A stretch of 64,000 nt of DNA from Planctomycetota bacterium (GTDB taxonomy: Bacteria > Planctomycetota > B15-G4 > JADJEK01): assembly GCA_044225365.1 (NCBI GenBank), contig JBGAIQ010000007.1, positions 1-64,000 of the forward strand, written 5' to 3'. Shown here one piece after another: positions 1-9,382 of the stretch. The notes under the pieces were generated by a model that ran no database searches, was not told where the DNA came from, and worked only from the letters and a program-made list of their open reading frames with translations. A program made the position numbers and the translations under genes. How positions within the stretch are numbered: position 1 is the first letter of the stretch; every line of letters starts with the position of its first letter.

Positions 1-482
1 CCCCGCGCGTCCCCGAACACCGCGGCGATCTCGCGACGCGACGCCATCCGCGGCCACTCGATTGGGTGCGGGAGGGAGAGCAATCCATACATCGTGAGTC
101 CAGCGCGCAGCATGAGCGGGCCGACGCGATCCGTATCACGTAGAGCGAACAGGAACGGCTCCGGGCGGACGTGATCGGGCGCGATCCGCGCGAGGATCGC
201 CCGCTCGCGCAGCGCCTCGCGCACGAACGCGAACTGGTATTGCTCGAGGTAGCGCAGCCCGCCGTGGATCAACCGCGAAGACGCCGATGACGTCGCGTTC
301 GCGAAGTCGCCGCGCTCGATGAGAGCGACGGAAAGCCCGCGCAGTGCGAGATCCAGCGCAACGCCGCAGCCCGTGACGCCGCCGCCGATGACGAGGGCAT
401 CGAATGCGCCGCGCGAGAGCCGGTCGATCTCGACGTCACGATGAGATGTGCGGATCCCGGTCGTGGGTGAGCTCGAGTTCAA
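1..482 (-). CDS. glpD: FAD-dependent glycerol-3-phosphate dehydrogenase, N-terminal part (runs off window start)
   Basis: Manual minus-strand translation: FDALVIGGGVTGCGVALDLALRGLSVALIERGDFANATSSASSRLIHGGLRYLEQ, a classic GlpD N-terminus. The first in-frame start after the upstream stop is TTG at 482. Confidence 0.9.
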   Translation of the reverse strand, partial: MNSSSPTTGIRTSHRDVEIDRLSRGAFDALVIGGGVTGCGVALDLALRGLSVALIERGDFANATSSASSRLIHGGLRYLEQYQFAFVREALRERAILARIAPDHVRPEPFLFALRDTDRVGPLMLRAGLTMYGLLSLPHPIEWPRMASRREIAAVFGDAR

Positions 483-583
483 TACACACCGACGAGTAGG
501 GGTTCACGGGCTCGATCGGAGAAGGAACGGTCGGATCATAGGACATCGCGCCCCACAGTAGTTCGCAAGAGCGCGCACGGATC

Positions 584-600
584 CCTTCGTGTCCTTCGTG
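584..600. repeat. Short intergenic tandem repeat CCTTCGTG-T-CCTTCGTG (CACGAAGGACACGAAGG on minus strand)
   Basis: Two exact 8-mers with a 9-nt period, read directly. Confidence 0.5.
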
Positions 601-629
601 AGACGTCGTGATTCGGGGCCGCAGCCCCT

Positions 630-986
630 TCAAGTCGCGAGGGATCTCCACGCGTCTTCCGAGAAGCCGACGTAGAAGACGTCGCCCACGCGGATCGTGG
701 GGGCGCGGAGGTTTCCGGAATTGCCGAGCACCGAGTCCGCGAGCGTGGCCCAGTCGACCGGTTTCTTCGAGAGATCGATGTCCACGATCTTCTTGCCCTT
801 TGCGATCACGACGCGGCGCGCATCGCCGAAGACCCCTCGAATCGCCTCGGCAGGGAAACGAGTCTTCTTCGCGTCGACGAGGGTGGCGACCGGGACCGCA
901 TGCTTGCCGACGAACTCGTCGGCGCGTTCACAGCCCGTTCAGTTCTTGCGGTGGTAGTACCAGTCGATCGTTGGGCGCTTGCTCAT
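630..986 (-). CDS. ArsC/Spx-family thioredoxin-fold protein, probable selenoprotein (Sec at codon 16, TGA 941-939)
   Basis: GAGGAG RBS, then ATG 986: MSKRPTIDWYYHRKN-TGA-TGCERADEFVGKHAVPVATLVDAKKTRF...LGNSGNLRAPTIRVGDVFYVGFSEDAW..*. The frame stays open for about 100 codons after the TGA, which occupies the first Cys position of CxxC. The GNLRAPT...VGF C-terminal motif is ArsC/Spx-like. Confidence 0.85.
906..923 (-). promoter_or_regulatory. Putative bacterial SECIS hairpin
   Basis: mRNA GCCGACG-AGUU-CGUCGGC: perfect 7-bp stem starting 15 nt after the UGA, with G as second nucleotide of the apical loop followed by U. Confidence 0.7.
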
Positions 987-1065
987 CTCGGGCTCCTCGC
1001 ATTGGATTCGTCGCGAACCGCCGGAGCATAGCAGCCCGCTTCCGTGCTCGCTCAGGATCGATCCT

Positions 1066-1896
1066 CTACAGTTGGATGTCGGGGAGCGTTCGCGTGGTGT
1101 GGACTTCGGGGCCGTCGAAGCCCACGAATGCCGTCGGATGATGCTGGGTCGGCCAGACCTCGAGCGCCTGGCCGCGAGCCCGAGAAGCCTGCTCGATGCG
1201 CAGCGATCCCGTTTCGTCCGTCACGAAGGTCGGAATCGACTCGAGCGCGACTCCCAACGTGCAGTACCTGCTTCGCGCGATCCAAGCGGGATCGAGCACG
1301 TCGACGCGCACGCGAGGCAAGGGCTCGTTCGTCACGGCATCGACGATCCGCACCACGAGCGTCCCGCGGATCGATGCTGCATTGGCGAGATCGCATACGA
1401 TCGTGAGCGGAGTCGAATCCCGGGCGACGGCAAGCGGAGTGGAGCCCAGCACGACGTCGTCGTCCGCGAGCAGTGCGATGTACCACGATCGATGGGGATC
1501 CCAGACGGAGAGATCGTAAGACGCCGAGTCCTCGGCTTTGGCGCGTGCGGACCCGCGCACCGATCGCAGGAGACAGAACTCCTCGGGATCGTCCCCGACG
1601 ACCTCTCGCGGGGGCGTCTTCAGGATCGTGACGCGTGCTTGCACTCGAAGCGGTTCCGGTCGGGGCGGCGGCGCGGAACTCGGGTCGGAGGCGACCGACG
1701 TGAGCGCGACGGGACACCCGTCCGGGGTCACGATGCGCAGAGGGATCGTCTGCGCCTTCTCGATGGCGTAGCGTTCGAGCAGCGCCAAACGCGGAGCGTC
1801 GTGAGGGCGGATCTCACGCTCGCTCGACGTCACGCAGCCGACGCTCGTCCCGAGCAGCAACAGGAGGATGCCGTCCGGGCGCAGGAGGAACCTCAT
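1066..1896 (-). CDS. Hypothetical lipoprotein, possible carboxypeptidase-regulatory-like beta-sandwich at C-terminus
   Basis: ATG 1896 overlaps the upstream TGA (ATGA). MRFLLRPDGILLLLLGTSVGC is a signal/lipobox; VRIVDAVTNEPLPRVRV..TDETG motif. Confidence 0.6.
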   Translation of the reverse strand: MRFLLRPDGILLLLLGTSVGCVTSSEREIRPHDAPRLALLERYAIEKAQTIPLRIVTPDGCPVALTSVASDPSSAPPPRPEPLRVQARVTILKTPPREVVGDDPEEFCLLRSVRGSARAKAEDSASYDLSVWDPHRSWYIALLADDDVVLGSTPLAVARDSTPLTIVCDLANAASIRGTLVVRIVDAVTNEPLPRVRVDVLDPAWIARSRYCTLGVALESIPTFVTDETGSLRIEQASRARGQALEVWPTQHHPTAFVGFDGPEVHTTRTLPDIQL

Positions 1897-3230
1897 TCGA
1901 AGGGGATTCCGATGACGACGCGCGAAGGGAAGAAGGACTCGCCCGCCGGTAGTTCGCACTCGATTCGGAACGGACACGTCGGATCGAAAGCGGAAGGCAG
2001 GTCGCCGCTGGAGTCCTTCGGAAGGATGCGCAGTTCCGACCCGTCGGCTCGACGTTGAACCAAAGTGTACTCCGTAGGTCCCTGCCACAGCACCCGGATC
2101 GCCGACGGATCGCGGGGTTTTCGACCGCCGTCGGTCCACCGCTCCGCCTTCGAGAGCCACATGGGCGGCGGCTCCTTCGGATCCGCGGCGGCAGACCTCG
2201 GATGGCTGCGCAGGCCGTATTCGACGACGCTGCGGGACAGGACATTCGCGTCGATCTCGAGGATCATCCTCTTCGGATGCGCCAGCACGACGCGGAGCTG
2301 ATCGCCGCCCTCCACATCGTGGCCCATGCATTCGATCGGATACGGATCTCCCCCTTCGAACGTCGGTACGACATCGACGTGCCGTCTCCGTTCGTCGAGC
2401 AGGAGGCGAAGATCGAAGTCGGGACCGTCGGTGACCGAGTTCAGGAAGTCCACGATCCCGAGGAGGTACGCCGTGATGGCGGTGCGCTGATCCTCGACGT
2501 AGACGAACTCGGGATCGGCGACGTGGAGTCTCATGCCGCGATCCTCGAGGACTCTTAGCTCTCGATCGTCGAGTGCCTCGGAGGGCGCGATGTTCGGCAC
2601 GGTGTACGGCGCCGGCCTGCTGACGAGGGAGAACGGCTCCATGTCCCGCAGCTCGAAGCCGAGCCCACGAGTACGATCGACTCCGTCGAGTAGTGCTTCG
2701 ACCTTCTCGGAGCCCAGACGAACCTGCATCGGGAGAGTCACGTCGATGCCGTAGGCCTCGAAGATCCTGCGTGCGTACTGACGCGCGAGCCACACGTCGA
2801 AGATGCCGCTGTCCGCGTTGCCGAAGTGGATCGGAATCGACTCGACGAATCGCGGCGAGCGACCGATTCGATCTCGACCCTCGGCGCGCCAGACTCGCGC
2901 GATGTCCCGATTGCATCCGCTCGGGACCTTGGACTCGAGTTGCTCCAGGATCCCTAGCACGCGGGGAACGACGTCCTGCGGGGCCATCGGCCGCTGCGGA
3001 TCGATCTGGGGCATGCGATCCCCCGTCGTGCGGGACGCGTCGTTGTCGTCACTGCACGCGGCGTTCGCGAGCGCAATGGCGGCCGCTGCCATGGCGAGGT
3101 TCAGCAGGCGCGCGTCCTGACGTGCGGCGACGAGCGCACGAAACTCGTCGGGATCGAGGCGAGCGGGGTAGGCCGGCCGATACGTCGACGTGATCGGGGC
3201 GAGAGGTCGGAACTTCGTTCGCGGCGTCAT
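1893..3230 (-). CDS. Hypothetical protein with N-terminal leader and lipobox-like signal
   Basis: 445-aa ORF directly downstream of gcvP. YRPAYP leader, then LLNLAMAAAAIALANAAC; translationally coupled to the next gene. Confidence 0.7.
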   Translation of the reverse strand: MTPRTKFRPLAPITSTYRPAYPARLDPDEFRALVAARQDARLLNLAMAAAAIALANAACSDDNDASRTTGDRMPQIDPQRPMAPQDVVPRVLGILEQLESKVPSGCNRDIARVWRAEGRDRIGRSPRFVESIPIHFGNADSGIFDVWLARQYARRIFEAYGIDVTLPMQVRLGSEKVEALLDGVDRTRGLGFELRDMEPFSLVSRPAPYTVPNIAPSEALDDRELRVLEDRGMRLHVADPEFVYVEDQRTAITAYLLGIVDFLNSVTDGPDFDLRLLLDERRRHVDVVPTFEGGDPYPIECMGHDVEGGDQLRVVLAHPKRMILEIDANVLSRSVVEYGLRSHPRSAAADPKEPPPMWLSKAERWTDGGRKPRDPSAIRVLWQGPTEYTLVQRRADGSELRILPKDSSGDLPSAFDPTCPFRIECELPAGESFFPSRVVIGIPFE

Positions 3231-3279
3231 ACCGCCGCGAACGGAAGAGGCGGCCGTTGGTTCGGGTGGAAGAATCGTT

Positions 3280-3329
3280 GCCGGGCTGGAGCCCGGCGGT
3301 CCGTACGCCGGGCTAGAGCCCGGCGGTCC
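3280..3329 (-). repeat. Two tandem copies of a 23-nt REP-like palindrome (GGACCGCCGGGCTCYAGCCCGGC on minus strand)
   Basis: 3280-3302 and 3307-3329 differ at one base, and each contains the GCCGGGCT/AGCCCGGC stem. The second copy supplies the gcvP stop codon. Confidence 0.8.
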
Positions 3330-6210
3330 CAGTGGCTTCGATCATCTCGGGCGACCAGGTGCAGCACATGTTGCGATCGCCGTAGACGTTGTCGATGCGG
3401 GAGACGTAGGGCCAGAACTTGTGCTCGCGCGTCCAGGGCGCGGGGAAGGCCGCGATCTCGCGACCGTACTTGCGCGACCACGAGTCGGAGACCACGACAG
3501 CGGCCGTGTGCGGCGCGTTGGCGAGCGGGTTGTCCTTGGCGTCCCATTCGCCGCTCTGCACCTTGTCGATCTCCTTCTTGATCGCGATGAGCGCGTCGCA
3601 GAAGCGATCGAGTTCGGCCTTCGACTCGGATTCGGTCGGCTCGATCATCAGCGTTCCCGGAACTGGGAAGGACATCGTCGGCGCGTGGAATCCGTAGTCC
3701 ATGAGTCGCTTCGCCACGTCGTCGATCGACACGTGCGACTGCGCGGAGATGTCGCGATAGTCGATGATGCACTCGTGTGCGATCCGGCCGTGCGAGCCCT
3801 TGTAGAGCACAGGGACGTGAGGGTCGATCCGGCTCGCGATGTAGTTGGCGTTGAGGATCGCGGTCTTCGTGGCGAGCGCGAGGCCGTCGGCTCCCATCAT
3901 CGCAATGTACGCGTACGGGATCGGGAGGATGCCCGGGCTGCCGAACGGGGCCGCGGAGACCGCGCCCGTGCCCTTCTCGCCGCCGCACTCGACGACGGGG
4001 TGCTTCGGCAGATAGGGCGCGAGGTGCGACGCGACGCAGATCGGTCCCATGCCGGGCCCGCCGCCGCCATGCGGGATGCAGAACGTCTTGTGCAGGTTGA
4101 GGTGACAGACGTCGCCGCCGATGTCGCCCGGTCGGCAGAGCCCGACCATCGCGTTCATGTTCGCGCCGTCGAGGTAGACCTGGCCGCCGTGCTGGTGGAC
4201 GATCTTGCAGATCTCTTGGATCGATTCCTCGAACACGCCGTGCGTCGACGGATACGTGACCATGATCGCCGAGAGGTTCGCGGAGTGCTCCGCGGCCTTC
4301 TTGCGCAGATCCGCGACGTCGATGTTGCCGTTCTTGTCGCAATCGACCGCGAAGATGCGCATGCCCGCGAGCGCCGCCGACGCGGGATTCGTGCCGTGCG
4401 CGGAGGTAGGGATGAGGCAGACGTCGCGATGCGCGTCGCCGCGCGCGATGTGATAGGCGCGGATCACGAGGAGCCCGGCGTACTCGCCCTGGCTTCCGGC
4501 GTTCGGCTGCATCGAGCAGGCGGCGAACCCCGTGATGTTGCAGAGCCACCCCTCGAGGCGGCGGATCATCTCGCGATAGCCTGCGACCTGCGCAGTCGGC
4601 GCGAACGGATGGATCTGGGAGAAGCCCGGGAAGCTCACCGGCACCATCTCCGCTGTTGCGTTCAGCTTCATCGTGCACGAGCCGAGCGAGATCATCGACG
4701 TGGTCAGCGAGAGATCGCGGCTCTCGAGTCGCTTGATGTAGCGGAGGAGTTCGTGCTCGGTGTGATGGCTCGCGAAGACGGGCTGCTGCATGTACGCCGT
4801 CGTGCGTGCGAGCGCACCGAAGGCGACTTTCTCCCCCGCGGCGACGGTCGACGGCGAGAACGCGGCGCGCTCCCCGCCGAAGCACTCGAACAGGTCCTGG
4901 AGGTCCGACGGCTCGACCGTCTCGTCGAGGGCGATCGCGAGATCGCCACCGTCGAGCGTGCGCAGATTGATGCGCTTGCTCTCGGCGCGCTTCCTCACCT
5001 CGGCGGCCGGCACCTTCGCGGACGGCTTCACGCGCAATGTGTCGAAATACGAACCGTGGACGATCGTGCACCCGATCTTCGCGAGCGCGGCGGCGAGGGC
5101 CTTCGCTCCGAGATGGACCTTCGTCGCGATGCGCTTCAGTCCTTCCGGGCCGTGGTAGACCGCGTACATCGACGCGGTGACGGCGAGCAGGACCTGCGCG
5201 GTGCAGATGTTGCTCGTCGCGCGATCGCGTCGAATGTGCTGCTCACGCGTCTGCAGCGCGAGGCGAAGCGCGGGGCGTCCGGTCGCGTCGATCGAGACGC
5301 CGACGATGCGGCCCGGCATCTTGCGTTGATGATCTTCCTTGCACGCCATGAACGCCGCGTGCGGCCCGCCGTAGAACAGCGGGACTCCGAAGCGCTGGCT
5401 GTTGCCGACGACGACGTCGGCGCCCATCTCGCCCGGCGGCTTCAGCAGCGTGAGGGCGAGGAGGTCGGACGCGACGACCGCGAGGCTGCCGTTCTGGTGT
5501 GCACGATCGATGAACGCCTGCACGTCCTCGACGCAGCCGTCCGTCGCGGGGTACTGCACGATGCCGCCAAAGGTCTTCGCGTCGAACTGGAACGTCTTCC
5601 AGTTCCCGACGACGACCGACAGACCGAGCGGTTCGGCGCGGGTGCGGATCACGTCGATCGTCTGCGGATGACAATGATCGGCCACGAAGAACGTATTGGC
5701 GTCCTTCTTCTTTTCGAGCACGCGGCGCGCGAGCGTCATCGCCTCTGCGGCGGCGGTGGCTTCATCGAGCATCGAGGCGTTCGCCGCCGGCATGCCGGTG
5801 AGCTCGCAGACCATGGTCTGGAAGTTGAGCAGCGCCTGCATGCGACCCTGGGAGATCTCGGCCTGGTAGGGCGTGTATTGCGTGTACCAACCGGCGTTCT
5901 CGAGGATCTGGCGCTGGACGACGGGCGGCGTCACCGTTCCCGAGTAGCCCATTCCGAGGTAGCTGCGGAAGATCTGATTCTTCGCCGCGAGATCGGAGAG
6001 ATCGGCGAGGACTTCGCGCTCCGTGCGCGCGGGCGGCAGGTCCAACTTCCCTTGCATCCGGATGGCGCCGGGGATCGTCTGCTCGATGAGCTGATCGATG
6101 GAGTTCGCCTTCACGGAAGCGAGCATCGCCGTGGTGTCGGCATCGCTCTTTCCGAGGTGGCGGTTCTGGAAGACGTCGTGCGGGCTGAGCGGGTCGTGAC
6201 CTGCGGCCAT
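3313..6210 (-). CDS. gcvP: Glycine dehydrogenase (decarboxylating), single-chain glycine cleavage P protein
   Basis: [31 protein letters not shown] and the PLP-lysine motif [18 protein letters not shown]. Start trimmed to MAAGHDPL. Confidence 0.97.
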   Translation of the reverse strand: MAAGHDPLSPHDVFQNRHLGKSDADTTAMLASVKANSIDQLIEQTIPGAIRMQGKLDLPPARTEREVLADLSDLAAKNQIFRSYLGMGYSGTVTPPVVQRQILENAGWYTQYTPYQAEISQGRMQALLNFQTMVCELTGMPAANASMLDEATAAAEAMTLARRVLEKKKDANTFFVADHCHPQTIDVIRTRAEPLGLSVVVGNWKTFQFDAKTFGGIVQYPATDGCVEDVQAFIDRAHQNGSLAVVASDLLALTLLKPPGEMGADVVVGNSQRFGVPLFYGGPHAAFMACKEDHQRKMPGRIVGVSIDATGRPALRLALQTREQHIRRDRATSNICTAQVLLAVTASMYAVYHGPEGLKRIATKVHLGAKALAAALAKIGCTIVHGSYFDTLRVKPSAKVPAAEVRKRAESKRINLRTLDGGDLAIALDETVEPSDLQDLFECFGGERAAFSPSTVAAGEKVAFGALARTTAYMQQPVFASHHTEHELLRYIKRLESRDLSLTTSMISLGSCTMKLNATAEMVPVSFPGFSQIHPFAPTAQVAGYREMIRRLEGWLCNITGFAACSMQPNAGSQGEYAGLLVIRAYHIARGDAHRDVCLIPTSAHGTNPASAALAGMRIFAVDCDKNGNIDVADLRKKAAEHSANLSAIMVTYPSTHGVFEESIQEICKIVHQHGGQVYLDGANMNAMVGLCRPGDIGGDVCHLNLHKTFCIPHGGGGPGMGPICVASHLAPYLPKHPVVECGGEKGTGAVSAAPFGSPGILPIPYAYIAMMGADGLALATKTAILNANYIASRIDPHVPVLYKGSHGRIAHECIIDYRDISAQSHVSIDDVAKRLMDYGFHAPTMSFPVPGTLMIEPTESESKAELDRFCDALIAIKKEIDKVQSGEWDAKDNPLANAPHTAAVVVSDSWSRKYGREIAAFPAPWTREHKFWPYVSRIDNVYGDRNMCCTWSPEMIEATGTAGL

Positions 6211-6549
6211 GCTGTGTCCTGATCTGCGGAAACTGTGGGAAATGGGACCCGAAGACGATCGGTTTCCAAGGTAGCAGGCGAGGGGGTCGAAATCGAATCG
6301 TTTCGATGCGGCACAACGGCGCATCGAAATGGCGGGAAGGGCGGATCAAGGGTCTCCTGCGTACCGCATTGGCCGATTCTCGGGAAGTCGCCGCGCGAGG
6401 GTGTTTCCCGGTTCGGCATTGCGCTTCAGAGTGGTTCTGCGATCATCCGATGTTGAGTAGGGAGGGCCGCCCGCGCGAGCGACGCTAGGTTCGAGCGGGA
6501 CTGGATCTCGGCGCCTCCCGACACTCCATCGTTCATCGGAGCACGAAAC

Positions 6550-7368
6550 ATGTTCGCGGCGTTCCTCTGTCTCATCGGTCTCCTTTCCGCGGCGCAGGCT
6601 CCGGCCACTCCGGCCGGTTCGGGCGGCAAACCGTCACCCGCGGCGACTGGCGCTCCCGACAAGGCTGCGCCGCCCTCGGCGACCGCCAAGCTCAGCGCGC
6701 ACGGATACGAGCTGTATTCCTGGCAGGACGATAAGAAGGAGTGGTGCTTCCAGCTCTGGCAGAAACTCGATCGCGTCCGCACTCGCGAGGAAGTGACGCT
6801 CCCCCGTGCGACGTTCAAGGGAGTCGACGAGCTGAAGAAGCACCTCTACGCGCTGGCGGATCAGGAGACGGTGAGTTGGCTCGAATTCCATCCGCTCGGC
6901 AAGGGCCCGCGCTTCGATCTTCCACCGCAGGACATCATCGACGCAGTGAAGCAGTTCGCGACGCATCACAAGCTGCGGCTTCGCCTCGGCAAGGCGGAGG
7001 ACGAGGCGGCCTATCAGAAGCAGCAGGAGAACGCGGCGAAGCACGTCCCGAAGGCGGACCCCGCCGCGAGCGCCCCGAAGGAATTCGGACTCTACAGTTG
7101 GCTCGGCGAAGGCGAGACGTGGCGCTTCGCGATCCTCGAGAACTCGACGACTGCTCGCAAGGGTGCAGAGATCCGGGCCGCGGAAGTGACTCCTGGCGGT
7201 TTCGACGAGTTGAAGGCGCGACTCAAGAAGTTCGCGTCGGGCGCAAAGGTCACGTGGATCCCGATCGCGGCCAAGGACGACGCCAAGCCCGACGTTCCGC
7301 CGGAGTTCGCGACCAAGATGCTCGAGGAGTACTGCAAGACGATCGGCGCGACGCTGAAGAAGCCCTGA
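6550..7368 (+). CDS. Secreted hypothetical protein with an internally duplicated ~95-aa domain
   Basis: Signal peptide and Ala/Pro linker; YELYSW..W.F..GVDELK..VSW..LPP is repeated as FGLYSW..W.F..GFDELK..VTW..VPP. Confidence 0.8.
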   Translation: MFAAFLCLIGLLSAAQAPATPAGSGGKPSPAATGAPDKAAPPSATAKLSAHGYELYSWQDDKKEWCFQLWQKLDRVRTREEVTLPRATFKGVDELKKHLYALADQETVSWLEFHPLGKGPRFDLPPQDIIDAVKQFATHHKLRLRLGKAEDEAAYQKQQENAAKHVPKADPAASAPKEFGLYSWLGEGETWRFAILENSTTARKGAEIRAAEVTPGGFDELKARLKKFASGAKVTWIPIAAKDDAKPDVPPEFATKMLEEYCKTIGATLKKP

Positions 7369-7384
7369 CGCCGAATCATCGGAG

Positions 7385-9370
7385 TCACTCGTCGCTCGGC
7401 AATCCGGAGAGCTCGATACCGGTGGTCTCCCACTCGGCGAGCGTGTTCTCGATCGAAGTGATCACGGCCGCATGGCGGTCGCTCAAGGACTTGGCGCGGA
7501 CTCCGTCGGACCACACGTCCGGCGACGAGAGTTCCGCGTCGAGCGATGCCTTCTCGGATTCCAGGTCGGCGAGTGCAGCCTCGAGGTCCGCGATGCGCCG
7601 CTCGAGCTTGGCGCGACGCCGTTTGCGTTGCTTCTCGTCCTCGCGCGCCTTTACGCGTGCTTGCTTCGAGTCGTCTTCGCGCGGAGCCCGATCGCTGCTC
7701 GTCGCTCGCCGCTCGTCGCCATTGTCGGCGTCGAAGCGCGAGGCGGCGGCCTCCTGGTCGTTCTTCAGCTTGTCCAGGTAGTCGGAGAGCGTGCCCGGAT
7801 AGACGAAGACACGGCCGTCGCGCAGGTCCCACACCTTCGTCGCGAGAGCCTTCGCGAAGTCGAGGTTGTGGGAGACGAACAGGATCGTCCCGGCGAAGCG
7901 CTGGAGTGATTCGGTGAGGCGCTGCGCCGACTCGGTGTCGAGGTGGTTCGTGGGCTCGTCGAGGAGCAAGAGATTGCCGGGACGCACGAGGAGCTTCGCC
8001 AGCGCGACTCGGGCCTTCTCCCCGCCGGAGAGGACTTCGATCTTCTTCTCGACTTCGTCGTCGCTGAACAGGAACGACCCGAGGATGCCGCGCACTCGCG
8101 ATTGCGGTAGGTGTGGCGCCTCGGCGGAGACTTCCTCGAGGATCGTGTTCTGGCGCCGCAGCGCCTCGGAGTGGTGCTGCGCGAAGTAACGGCGCTCCAC
8201 GTTGATGCCGTAACGGACCTTGCCCTCGCCGATCGGGAGTTCGTTGGCGAGGACGCGAAGCAGAGTCGTCTTGCCCGCTCCGTTGAGGCCCACGATCGCG
8301 ATGCGGTCCTTCTCGCGAACGGTCCCCGTGAAATCCGCGAAGATGCGCTTCGAGCCGTACGCATGGCCGAGATGTTCGATCTCGATCGCGGGATCGGAGC
8401 TCTTCGGAGGCGGAGGGAATTCGAGCGCGATCGACTTGCGCGGCTTCGGGAGCTCGACCGCATCCTCCTGCATCTTCTCGATGAGGCGCATCTTGCTCTG
8501 CGCCTGACGCGCCTTCGACGCCTTCGCCTTGAACCTCGTGACGAACGCCTCGAGATCTTTCTTCTTGGCCTCGTCCTTCTTCTGCCGTGCTTCCAGGTGC
8601 TCGAGTTCGAGGGAGCGCAAACGCTTGTACTCGTCATAATCGCCCTTGTAGGCGCGCAGACCTTCGACCTCGAACGAGAGCACGCGCTGGACATGACGAT
8701 TCAGGAACTCGCGGTCGTGACAGATGAGGACGAGTGCACAGGGAAACGAGTCGAGGAACCGATCGAGCCACGCGACGGACGGCATGTCGAGGTGGTTCGT
8801 CGGCTCGTCGAGGAGGAGCACCTCCGGCTGCTCGAAGAGGAGGCGCGCGAGTTCGGCCCGCATTCGCCAGCCGCCCGAGAACTCGGAGAGGGGCTGCTCG
8901 AACTGCGGCTCGGTGAACCCGAGTCCGACGAGGATCTTCGCCGCGCGGTGTGGTGCGAATCGTCGCGCGAGATCGGCGAGTTCCACGTGAAGGTCGGCGA
9001 GCCTTACCGCGAGTTCGGCATGGCGTTCGGGTTCGCCATCGCGAGTGAGTTCGTCCTCGATCTCCAGAATGCGCTGCTCGACCTCGCTCTTGCGCGGAGC
9101 CGCCGCGAGCACGGAATCAAGGAGTCCGATCGCTCCTCCCGCAGGCAGTTCTTGTGCGAGGTATCCCACTCGGAGGCCCCGCTGTCGCACGATCTCTCCA
9201 CCATCGGGTTCGATCGTTCCCGCGAGGAGTCGCAAGAGCGTGCTCTTGCCCGACCCGTTCGGGCCGACGATGCCGAGGCGATCCATGCGCTCGACCGTGG
9301 CAGAGTCCTCGTCGAGGAGGATCTTCGGCCCAAGTTGGAGGAAGAGGTCGCGCGCGACGATCAGGGACAT
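7385..9370 (-). CDS. ABC-F family ATP-binding protein (YheS/Uup-like)
   Basis: Two ABC cassettes (GPNGSGKS, FSGGW, LLDEPTNHLD; GLNGAGKT, LSGGE, LLDEPTNHLD), a linker and C-terminal coiled coil, and no transmembrane segments. Confidence 0.93.
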   Translation of the reverse strand: MSLIVARDLFLQLGPKILLDEDSATVERMDRLGIVGPNGSGKSTLLRLLAGTIEPDGGEIVRQRGLRVGYLAQELPAGGAIGLLDSVLAAAPRKSEVEQRILEIEDELTRDGEPERHAELAVRLADLHVELADLARRFAPHRAAKILVGLGFTEPQFEQPLSEFSGGWRMRAELARLLFEQPEVLLLDEPTNHLDMPSVAWLDRFLDSFPCALVLICHDREFLNRHVQRVLSFEVEGLRAYKGDYDEYKRLRSLELEHLEARQKKDEAKKKDLEAFVTRFKAKASKARQAQSKMRLIEKMQEDAVELPKPRKSIALEFPPPPKSSDPAIEIEHLGHAYGSKRIFADFTGTVREKDRIAIVGLNGAGKTTLLRVLANELPIGEGKVRYGINVERRYFAQHHSEALRRQNTILEEVSAEAPHLPQSRVRGILGSFLFSDDEVEKKIEVLSGGEKARVALAKLLVRPGNLLLLDEPTNHLDTESAQRLTESLQRFAGTILFVSHNLDFAKALATKVWDLRDGRVFVYPGTLSDYLDKLKNDQEAAASRFDADNGDERRATSSDRAPREDDSKQARVKAREDEKQRKRRRAKLERRIADLEAALADLESEKASLDAELSSPDVWSDGVRAKSLSDRHAAVITSIENTLAEWETTGIELSGLPSDE

Positions 9371-9382
9371 GATGCGGAGAAT

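Noticed and set aside
436-651. 71-aa minus-strand ORF
   Set aside because: Overlaps the glpD start and the selenoprotein stop; no RBS or motif.
939-941. Alternative genetic code (UGA as Trp or Gly) to explain the in-frame TGA
   Set aside because: Most genes in the window end in TGA at their expected C-termini, so UGA is a stop; recoding is site-specific.
1897-2916. N-terminal extension of the 616-aa ORF 1066-2916
   Set aside because: Overlaps the better 1893-3230 gene in another frame; the real start is probably ATG 1896, with a signal peptide.
3280-3329. Mini CRISPR array
   Set aside because: Only two copies separated by 4 nt, with no spacers and no cas genes; better explained as REP-like.
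3190-6222. 1010-aa plus-strand ORF (also 8111-9928, 12509-14500, 14521-16488, 40146-42266, 46474-48789, 52891-55998 and similar)
   Set aside because: Antisense shadows of well-supported genes, expected from codon bias in high-GC DNA; Arg/Val-rich with no motifs.
6211-6549. Glycine riboswitch upstream of gcvP
   Set aside because: No GGAGA..CCGAAG..CTCTCAGG aptamer pattern found on the minus strand; a covariance-model search would be decisive.
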